A stretch of 20,000 bases of DNA from an uncultured virus (IMG/VR IMGVR_UViG_3300013132_000024). Its lineage: Duplodnaviria > Heunggongvirae > Uroviricota > Caudoviricetes. The stretch lies in the IMG/VR virus record IMGVR_UViG_3300013132_000024. One strand, written 5' to 3'. Every line of letters starts with the position of its first letter. The stretch's first letter is position 1. Below the pieces are notes generated by a model that did no database searches, was not told the origin of the DNA, and saw only the letters and a list, made by a program, of their open reading frames with translations. Of this stretch, positions 8,307 through 15,818 are shown piece after piece. A program made the position numbers and the translations under genes.

Positions 8307-10514
8307 TTATATTGTTACACTATCCGCTGTATCTGAACTATCAGCAGTTTCGTTTATTGTATCTGCCATAAAATATTCTAATAAAGTTGTATTAGCAGTA
8401 TTATTGCTTTCTAATACATTTATTAGCGAATTATCTATAGTTTTTAACATATATTTTCCAAAAAGTTCGGTGCCAGCAGTATGAAAAGTATTGTATAAAA
8501 TATCTTTGTATTTAGATAAAATTTGTGGGACTTTAATTTCATAAGAAAAATCTTGATAATAAAAACTGTCTTGTATATATTTATCAGAATTCAAAAATCC
8601 TCTAGTTGTAGACCAATACCCTTTTCCACTACCTATACCTTTCTTTTTTACAATTCCTGTAATACTACTTGTAGTATTAAATTCTGATAAAAATGGCCTT
8701 AATTCTGCTCCTGTACCATTAGCTGTATCTATAGCAGCAGAAGGATCTATAAAATACCCAGATCCTGGTTGATTAACAGTAACTGATGTTATACTTCCAT
8801 TACCATTAGTAGTTATAAAACCATTAGCTTGTGTACCTGATCCTTGATTTCCTATAAAATATACAACTTCATTATTAACATAATTTATTCCTGGTAAAAT
8901 AATTTGAATAGTATTAGAAATAGCCCCATATAAATACGCAATTACTTGTTCTCCGTCTAAATAACCTTTTCCTGAATCTATTAATGCTGTTGATTGTGCA
9001 ATACTATTACCAGAAAATGGATATCCTACGATATATTCGTTCATTCCATGTATTTCACCATCAACATTATACATTGGCTCTTCGTATAATGCGTAATTAG
9101 ATTTTAATATAGTTGGTGCTATTTTATAAACACCACTAGCAGAAGTATTAACAGGTGGATTATATAGTGTAATAGATGTAGTATTAACTACTTGTTTTAT
9201 AACACAAAATTCTGCTGTATCTGTTGCTGTGCTATTAGTTTGCAACATAATAACTTCGTTATTAACGAAAAAATTAGTAAATCCCGTACCAGATCCTGTT
9301 ACAGTATTAGAATTATTAGCATAAGAAATAGTACCAGTCATTGTTGTATTTGACAATAAAGTAGATCTAGCAAAACAATTAGCTTCTTGTAAATATCCAT
9401 TACCCGTAAATATATTAGATAAAGATAAAATAGTACCAAACACAGAATTAGTATAACTTAATGTAATCCCTATATTTGATGCTAAATTCGCTGTAGGACT
9501 TCCTGGCATTCCAAAAGCAGAAGAATTTAATGTTGTTGTAAGATAATCTGCTATTAAATCTGTATTATATGTATATTCAACAACATTAGATAATGTTCCT
9601 ACATTAAAAGCCCCATTTTGTCCATTTCCATCTGCATTATATACAAAAGTTAATGCATTAGAAGTATAACCGAATCCACCATCTTCTATATTAAAGAATA
9701 ATATACCAAATCCTCTAGAAAGATCTGTTACTCTTAAATACCCTTCTATTCCATGAGATATTATTGTGTTATTACTTTTATGTGCAATTTTTACTATATC
9801 ACCAACAGAAAAATTTCGTCCCCCATTGATTATTTCTAAATAATCTAAAGAACCTAATACGGTTGGTGCAGTTTCTATGATACTTGTATTATTTTCTTGT
9901 CCATAAAGAACAATTTTTTCACCAATATCAAAATCACCTCCAATGGGTTTAATATTAGTAATGTACAGTAAATTTAATATATTGTAATCAAAAAATTCAT
10001 TGGTACTAATTTCTATAATAGCTCTTGTACCAGAATTAATTCCTATGATTTCCATTCCTTGTGCATTTATGAATTTTTTATTCGAAGAAATTTCTATATA
10101 TTTCGGAACATGCCATGTTCCATGAGATAATCTTAATACATCTCTACCAGGAAGATAAATTTCTATGTCTTCATCATATATTAAACGGAATAAAAGTTTG
10201 TATCCTTGAATACTGCTTTTTGATCTATATACATCTAAAATATGTTTTAGAAGATATCTTTTATTAATAATAACATTAAATGGTATACCATACAAATATT
10301 TTTTTTGAAAATGTTCTAAAAATTCTTCTAATGTATTATCAATGTCTCTATAATCGAATATTCTTCTACTTTGATATATAGATTGGTTTTCAGATTCCAT
10401 CCATTCATAATAAGCTTTCATAAATAATATGAAATTAGGTCCCTCTTCTTGATAGAATTGAGGAAATTGATTTTCAATAAGATTGCTTATTTTCTTTTGT
10501 ATATTAAAATCCAT
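8307..10514 (-). CDS. gp7: Baseplate wedge initiator, gp7-like
   Basis: N-terminal ISNLIENQFPQFYQEEGPNFILFMKAYYEWME and YRSKSSIQGYKLLFRLIY; C-terminal GFLNSDKYIQDSFYYQDFSYEIK and HTAGTELFG; directly follows gp6. Confidence 0.8.
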   Translation of the reverse strand: MDFNIQKKISNLIENQFPQFYQEEGPNFILFMKAYYEWMESENQSIYQSRRIFDYRDIDNTLEEFLEHFQKKYLYGIPFNVIINKRYLLKHILDVYRSKSSIQGYKLLFRLIYDEDIEIYLPGRDVLRLSHGTWHVPKYIEISSNKKFINAQGMEIIGINSGTRAIIEISTNEFFDYNILNLLYITNIKPIGGDFDIGEKIVLYGQENNTSIIETAPTVLGSLDYLEIINGGRNFSVGDIVKIAHKSNNTIISHGIEGYLRVTDLSRGFGILFFNIEDGGFGYTSNALTFVYNADGNGQNGAFNVGTLSNVVEYTYNTDLIADYLTTTLNSSAFGMPGSPTANLASNIGITLSYTNSVFGTILSLSNIFTGNGYLQEANCFARSTLLSNTTMTGTISYANNSNTVTGSGTGFTNFFVNNEVIMLQTNSTATDTAEFCVIKQVVNTTSITLYNPPVNTSASGVYKIAPTILKSNYALYEEPMYNVDGEIHGMNEYIVGYPFSGNSIAQSTALIDSGKGYLDGEQVIAYLYGAISNTIQIILPGINYVNNEVVYFIGNQGSGTQANGFITTNGNGSITSVTVNQPGSGYFIDPSAAIDTANGTGAELRPFLSEFNTTSSITGIVKKKGIGSGKGYWSTTRGFLNSDKYIQDSFYYQDFSYEIKVPQILSKYKDILYNTFHTAGTELFGKYMLKTIDNSLINVLESNNTANTTLLEYFMADTINETADSSDTADSVTI

Positions 10515-12313
10515 TAGTTACTTTCTTCTGTAACTGTAATATTAACATTATATGCATCTATTAATAAAATTTGTGAGTTATTGATAATTATATCTTTTTC
10601 TTTAACATAAAGATATATAGATAAACTGTCTCCTGTATAATTAGCAATATTTAAATTGTTTATTGTAACAAATCCAGTTTCATAATTTATGGTTCCAATA
10701 GAACTATTCAATACTGTTAAAATATTGTTAATATAAGTGTAAACATATAATATACCTTCACCATCATCTTCTATCTTTGATAATTGATAATTTGTACCAT
10801 CTTCTGCTACATAAGTGAAATAAGAAGATTCAATAACTGAATGACCATGTGTGTTATCATGAGATTCATTATTAAACGATATAGTATAAGAAGTAGGATA
10901 ATTTGATTTAGGATACAATTTCTTAATCAATCTAACTTCAGTATTATTTGATGTTATAGATTCATCAGAATTATCTATAGCACTAATAAATTTGCTATAT
11001 CTAAAATCTTCATTAAAAGATTCTAAATTTTCTTCGCTATAACTCATAATAGCTTGTAAAATTATGCTGTTTATATCAGAAGCATATTTAGATGTTGAAT
11101 TTTTATTATATTGTACAGTAGATGTAATATTTAAATGAAAATAATCCGGATCAGTAATCTCTACCCTAGTTGGCAAAGAAATAAAATCGTTCATATAAGA
11201 AGAAATTTGATGTTTTAAATAGTCTGGAGCAATTAAACCAGAAACTGGTTTTAAACAAATAACAACTATACCATATTGTTTTGGTTCTAATAATTCACCA
11301 CCATATACATTAACATCTTCTATAACATCACCGAATTTACTAAGAATAATAGAACTATAATCATCTGAAGAAACAGCTCTAAGTTGTGTAGCGAAATATC
11401 TAGGAGCATAAAAACGTATAGATTCAATGTTTTCAGAATTAGACCCTCCTGAAGAATTGGCATTAACAATTATACTATCTACTGAAACTAATCCTCCATT
11501 TATAGGCCCTAAATCTGTGCCCATAGATAATTCATATACACCACTGGCATCTGAACCTGAACAAAGTATATATTCAGCAACAATTAATGCCTCGTTTTGT
11601 GGTTTTTTCCCTAAAAATCCGTCACCAAATAATATTTCATATTGATTATTTTGTGCAGCCTGTACGAAATATACATTAGATTGAGAATTTAATCCAAATA
11701 ATGTATCTACTCTATTATATTCTGCAGAATCTTGTTGATTATTTTCATATACTGTTATAACTAAACTATCTAAATCAATATTATCATTAGTTAATACAAA
11801 TCTTTGAGCTTCGTTTGAATAATCAACTATAAACGAATTATTAACATAATTACCTTCAAATACTTGAAGATTATTGATTGTTATTGTTGAATTAGAAGTA
11901 GTATATGTAGATTCGTCTCTAGTTACAAAATTATATGTTCCATTTGAATTCGTACCAACAAATATAGTATTTTTCGGTACAGTAAAAGGACTTAATGTAG
12001 AATCAGCAGATAATGTTATTGTAACATTAGCAAAAGCAGAACTATGTGATCGTGGAGTATAATTTAGTTCTTTTGCATGAGATACAACTGTATCTAATTT
12101 TTGAGCAGAATCTAAAAACATTTCAGAAGCTACCATATTAAGATAAAAAGCGTTCAAATATGTGTTGTATGACATTACATCTAATAATACATTTATATTA
12201 GATCCATCAAAATTATAATCTTTAAATACAGATTGTGATTTTAAAAATGTTTTAAATTGTTCTTTTAATGTATCAAAATCTAATGAAGTTAAATTTAACG
12301 AACTATTAGCCAT
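10514..12313 (-). CDS. gp6: Baseplate wedge subunit gp6
   Basis: LDFDTLKEQFKTFLKSQSVFKDYNFDGSNINVLLDVMSYNTYLNAFYLNMVASEMFLDSA, VVSHAKELNYTPRS, YEILFGDGFLGK and ESIRFYAPRYFATQLRAVSSDDY are hallmark gp6 motifs. Confidence 0.95.
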   Translation of the reverse strand: MANSSLNLTSLDFDTLKEQFKTFLKSQSVFKDYNFDGSNINVLLDVMSYNTYLNAFYLNMVASEMFLDSAQKLDTVVSHAKELNYTPRSHSSAFANVTITLSADSTLSPFTVPKNTIFVGTNSNGTYNFVTRDESTYTTSNSTITINNLQVFEGNYVNNSFIVDYSNEAQRFVLTNDNIDLDSLVITVYENNQQDSAEYNRVDTLFGLNSQSNVYFVQAAQNNQYEILFGDGFLGKKPQNEALIVAEYILCSGSDASGVYELSMGTDLGPINGGLVSVDSIIVNANSSGGSNSENIESIRFYAPRYFATQLRAVSSDDYSSIILSKFGDVIEDVNVYGGELLEPKQYGIVVICLKPVSGLIAPDYLKHQISSYMNDFISLPTRVEITDPDYFHLNITSTVQYNKNSTSKYASDINSIILQAIMSYSEENLESFNEDFRYSKFISAIDNSDESITSNNTEVRLIKKLYPKSNYPTSYTISFNNESHDNTHGHSVIESSYFTYVAEDGTNYQLSKIEDDGEGILYVYTYINNILTVLNSSIGTINYETGFVTINNLNIANYTGDSLSIYLYVKEKDIIINNSQILLIDAYNVNITVTEESN

Positions 12314-12578
12314 GCTCTGGTGATCCTAGATACTTTATTAATTCTTCAGGAGTAGTTTCGTGTTTTTTAGTATTAAACATATTCATTCTAAAATCTAAAT
12401 TTCCGTGTTTCCAACCACCATACCTAGAATGCATTATTTTTTGTCCTGTTTTAATATTAGTGTATAAAACATTACCTTCATTATCAAGTTCATAATCTCT
12501 ATAACCATATTGCTTAGCTATATGATGAATACTAAGAGATTGTTCTTTAATTATTCTTTTTATTAAATTTAAACTCAT
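12306..12578 (-). CDS. Small hypothetical protein B (90 aa), paralog of 13024..13347; possible internal head protein
   Basis: Exactly fills the gp25-gp6 gap, with a TAATG overlap at 12578 and an 8-nt overlap with gp6; shares ordered motifs with ORF A. Confidence 0.75.
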   Translation of the reverse strand: MSLNLIKRIIKEQSLSIHHIAKQYGYRDYELDNEGNVLYTNIKTGQKIMHSRYGGWKHGNLDFRMNMFNTKKHETTPEELIKYLGSPEHG

Positions 12579-13024
12579 TAACGGATTCTCTTTAATACGA
12601 AATTAACTGTTTGTACTTCTGAATTATTTATTAGATTAAATGTTATTTTTATTAACAAAGTATTTTCTTCTACATATATACCTTGGGTTAAATCTAAAGA
12701 AGTTAATACCTCAACAGAAATTAAATTTACTCTTGGTTCATTAAGTCTTATAGTATTTTCTATGTAAAATTCTAAATTACTTTTTATCAAAGGAGTATTT
12801 AATTCAAATAATGAAGCATATACATTACCACCAACTACTGGATCAAATAATCTTTCTCCTAAATTAGTTTTAATGAGATTTTTAAGAGATTGAGTAACTG
12901 CTTGTATATTAGTAACTCTACCTAATTGATTCCCAATAGGTGTTTTATCAAAATTATTTAAGAAATCGGAGAAAAATTCCTGGTTTCTCTTTAATGCGGT
13001 AAATGAGTCTGCTCTCGTTGGCAT
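12578..13024 (-). CDS. gp25: Baseplate wedge subunit gp25
   Basis: AVTQSLKNLIKTNLGERLFDPVVGGNVYASLFE and IENTIRLNEPRV match the gp25/GPW family signature. Confidence 0.95.
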   Translation of the reverse strand: MPTRADSFTALKRNQEFFSDFLNNFDKTPIGNQLGRVTNIQAVTQSLKNLIKTNLGERLFDPVVGGNVYASLFELNTPLIKSNLEFYIENTIRLNEPRVNLISVEVLTSLDLTQGIYVEENTLLIKITFNLINNSEVQTVNFVLKRIR

Positions 13025-13347
13025 TATGGATTATGTATACTTTCTAAATATCCGTCTAATTCTTCTGGTTTAGATCCTGATTGCGGGGCAGACATATATA
13101 CATTATTATATGATTGATGCCCCCATTTTCCATTATCAATATTATGATGTATGTCATAATGCATATTAGAATCTTTTCTAGTGTATATAACCCAATTACC
13201 TACATTTTTAGTTGGAGACGTAAAATATCCATGTTTAGTAGCTATATCATGTATTGTTTGTGAAGGTTTTTCTGGTTTTGGATATACCGGCTCTCCTTTA
13301 TCGTTAGTGATAAATTCTAACATTAATTTTTTGAAATATTCTTTCAT
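13024..13347 (-). CDS. Small hypothetical protein A (107 aa), paralog of 12306..12578; possible internal head protein
   Basis: Fills the gap between the gp5 C-terminal gene and gp25, with TAATG coupling to gp25; shares motifs with ORF B. Confidence 0.75.
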   Translation of the reverse strand: MKEYFKKLMLEFITNDKGEPVYPKPEKPSQTIHDIATKHGYFTSPTKNVGNWVIYTRKDSNMHYDIHHNIDNGKWGHQSYNNVYMSAPQSGSKPEELDGYLESIHNP

Positions 13348-13361
13348 ATAATTTTCTTCTC

Positions 13362-14165
13362 TTAAATAAACGTTGTAGGAGGAGCTACAATACCACCACC
13401 TTGTACCTTGGTTGCACTACCTTGTGTTACTATATCACCACTAGAATTTATTGTTATACCACTAGATGTTATATTTATTATAGAAGAACCAACCTTTATT
13501 TCTATCTCTGTTACTGATTCTATTAATAATTTAGCTCCAGATTTTACTCTAAATCTGCCTGTTTCCACTTGAATATCCATGTTCCCACCCTGAACATGTA
13601 ATCCTATTTCTCCATCTATCATAGATATTTTATTTCCAGTAACAGATTGAGTTAAATCGCCTTCAAAATGTGTAGCAGTATTACCCGTATGCTCACTTAT
13701 TCTATTGCCAGTAGTAGTCGTGTATGTATCACCATTATCAGCGTTATATTGTCCAGCATCCGAACCATTAACATTAGATTCTCCTGCACCTGAATATATG
13801 TTTCCTTTAGCAGAAGAACCTCTATCACCAGCAAAATTTTCTCTTAAAGAGCCTTTTCCTTCTAAACTTGCATTATCTTGATGCCCGTCTGTAGTTAAAG
13901 AATGTCCTCCTGAAGAATATTGTCTAACTTCATGATTTAACGAATTAGTTAATCCCTTTTTATCTTCATCAGCGGTTTCATTTATTTGAAATGAAGCATC
14001 ATGATTAAATTTCTCAGTAAAAGATTCTTTATAATTATCAGGATCAGCATATATTGTTGTTGTTGCACCCAATATATCAGATTCTCCTCTAATCCAAGGA
14101 TATTTTGGATTAGATCTTCCTACCTCATATGGTGCTTCTTCTAATTTTTTATTATACTTTGTCAT
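13362..14165 (-). CDS. gp5 C-terminal part: central spike beta-helix/needle
   Basis: NPKYPW followed by a beta-rich segment resembles the post-lysozyme YPY region of T4 gp5. It then has roughly 8-residue repeats (TTTGNRIS, EHTGNTAT, HFEGDLTQ, SVTGNKIS) and IEIKVGSSIINITSSGITI, as in gp5/VgrG spike C-termini. Confidence 0.75.
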   Translation of the reverse strand: MTKYNKKLEEAPYEVGRSNPKYPWIRGESDILGATTTIYADPDNYKESFTEKFNHDASFQINETADEDKKGLTNSLNHEVRQYSSGGHSLTTDGHQDNASLEGKGSLRENFAGDRGSSAKGNIYSGAGESNVNGSDAGQYNADNGDTYTTTTGNRISEHTGNTATHFEGDLTQSVTGNKISMIDGEIGLHVQGGNMDIQVETGRFRVKSGAKLLIESVTEIEIKVGSSIINITSSGITINSSGDIVTQGSATKVQGGGIVAPPTTFI

Positions 14166-15320
14166 TGATTAATTCATTCTTTATAGAAGATATTAAATTT
14201 TCAATTTTAGCGGCTGTATATACTATATTAGATACTCCTAATGTTGAAGATAATAAGCTTAATATAGATCCTCTATTTAACAATTGTAAAGGTAAAAACG
14301 CAGAATTTGTTATAGATTTTAGTCTTTTAATTTTTCCTATATTCAATTTATGCTGTTGAATCGTTGCAGCAACAGAAGCAATATTTAATACTGATTCGGG
14401 TAAATGATTGCCTTCTGTTAAATCTACCATAACACCAGCAATACCAGCAAATTGTGATAACATTGATAAAAGATTATTTTTACTGTTTTTTCCATTAGTT
14501 TTTTCAAATAAATCATCTTGTATTTTTGTGCAATAAAAAATTAATAATGCAGACAATATTTCTACAGTAAGATTATTGTTTTTTATATATTTATTTAATT
14601 CATAAGCTAAAGCAAATTCTGATAGAGTATATATTTCTTGTTCTGCAGATTCAAAAGGATAATCTATAGATAATCTGCGTATATAACAAGAAATATCATT
14701 ATCATCCATATAATGTATATATCCAGGATAAGGATCTAATTCTTTAGTATAATATTGTTGTACATAATAATCCGGGACTTCTTGATACGAATTAAATAAT
14801 ATAGGAGGAATAGAAGAACTATATACTATTTCTGGTATAACGGATACAGGTATATTAGTTTTACCATACTCATTTTCTTTTTTTATAACTTCTATTATAG
14901 ATTCAAATACTATTTCTTGATATTCGGTTGATAGTTTGTAATAATTATTATTACCTAAAACAGTAAATAATCTAAACATAACAGTATCAAACGAATGTTC
15001 TTTTATTAAAATACAAAGAGCACCAGTAAAAACATTAGTAATAGAATTTTTTGTATAAGCAGCTGGTGAGGATGCACTGTTATTTTTTGAATTAAAACTT
15101 CTTAATAAATTTCTTACCATCATAAATTTTCTATACATATGAGGTAATACTTGCGAAATATTATTAGGATCAACTTCTCTCAATGCTTCTGGTAAAGATA
15201 ATAATACATTAGCAGCTGCTAATGTTGGCTTATCTCTATGTTTTGCATATTTTTTACGTGCAACTTCTATAGCTTTTTCGCCAGTTGTATTCTTAATATA
15301 TTTCTTTTTATTATATTTTG
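14146..15320 (-). repeat. Imperfect 16-nt direct repeat (CAAAATATAATAAAAA at 15305-15320; CAAAGTATAATAAAAA at 14146-14161) bounding the 399-aa ORF
   Basis: Read directly from the sequence: 15/16 identity, both copies encoding KYNKK near the start of consecutive ORFs. Low complexity, so chance is possible. Confidence 0.45.
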
Positions 15321-15351
15321 AATTAGAAGGAGTTGCTTTTTTCGTACTCAT
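14152..15351 (-). CDS. Hypothetical protein (399 aa) lying between the two gp5 halves
   Basis: Long ORF with a TAATG overlap upstream and a 14-nt overlap downstream. It has a basic N-terminus, apparently helical body, a Tyr/Pro-rich core (DYYVQQYYTKELDPYPGY) and an amphipathic C-terminus. No family recognised. Confidence 0.8.
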   Translation of the reverse strand: MSTKKATPSNSKYNKKKYIKNTTGEKAIEVARKKYAKHRDKPTLAAANVLLSLPEALREVDPNNISQVLPHMYRKFMMVRNLLRSFNSKNNSASSPAAYTKNSITNVFTGALCILIKEHSFDTVMFRLFTVLGNNNYYKLSTEYQEIVFESIIEVIKKENEYGKTNIPVSVIPEIVYSSSIPPILFNSYQEVPDYYVQQYYTKELDPYPGYIHYMDDNDISCYIRRLSIDYPFESAEQEIYTLSEFALAYELNKYIKNNNLTVEILSALLIFYCTKIQDDLFEKTNGKNSKNNLLSMLSQFAGIAGVMVDLTEGNHLPESVLNIASVAATIQQHKLNIGKIKRLKSITNSAFLPLQLLNRGSILSLLSSTLGVSNIVYTAAKIENLISSIKNELINDKV

Positions 15352-15818
15352 TATACACTTTCTGTTTCAATATCATTAGGTGTTATTCTTGGATTTAAAG
15401 GATTTCTACCAATATTATCTTCTATAGATCGAGCGTTAGAAGGTAAATCTACACCTTTTTGATCTTGATCTACTGAATCAAATCCATCTTTATTTGAATC
15501 TGATTGTTGTTCATTAACTATTGGAGGATATGCTCTAAAAAACGAACCTAATACAATAGGATATTGTTTTTCTGTATCTTCTGCAGCAAACATTACTGCT
15601 ACTCTAGATCCTACTTGTAACCCAGTAGGTATTACTCCTGCTTTATTTGTAGAAGCAGAAGTTATTGGCATTAAAGGCATAGCCCAAGGCAAATCGTCAT
15701 CTTTGATATTTTGTTCATCGCTATAATCTAATCCATATTGTGGATAAAATCTTAACTTTACCCTTCCACTTTTAGAAGGATCATCTTCTATATTTCTTAT
15801 TTCTGCCCAATATATCAT
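15351..15818 (-). CDS. gp5: gp5 N-terminal OB-fold domain as a stand-alone protein
   Basis: WAEIRNIEDDPSKSGRVKLRF, DDLPWAMPLMPITSAS, GLQVGSRVAVMF and QYPIVLGSF match the gp5/VgrG OB-fold; TAA stop after 155 aa. Confidence 0.88.
   Translation of the reverse strand: MIYWAEIRNIEDDPSKSGRVKLRFYPQYGLDYSDEQNIKDDDLPWAMPLMPITSASTNKAGVIPTGLQVGSRVAVMFAAEDTEKQYPIVLGSFFRAYPPIVNEQQSDSNKDGFDSVDQDQKGVDLPSNARSIEDNIGRNPLNPRITPNDIETESV

Noticed and set aside
7828..8484. 122-aa and 68-aa plus-strand ORFs
   Set aside because: Antisense to the well-supported gp9-like and gp7 genes; shadow frames.
11427..12062. 72-aa and 62-aa plus-strand ORFs
   Set aside because: Antisense within the highly conserved gp6.
13472..13479. 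Internal AATAAATA (minus strand) as a late promoter for ORF A, and TATAAT at 18721-18726 as a sigma70 promoter
   Set aside because: Such motifs are expected by chance in very AT-rich DNA; the first is inside a CDS and the second has no properly spaced -35 box.
14152..15351. 399-aa ORF as a homing endonuclease, intron or intein interrupting gp5
   Set aside because: No GIY-YIG, HNH or LAGLIDADG motif, no intein termini, and no non-coding flanks to fold a group I intron. The two gp5 halves share a frame but each has its own start and stop.
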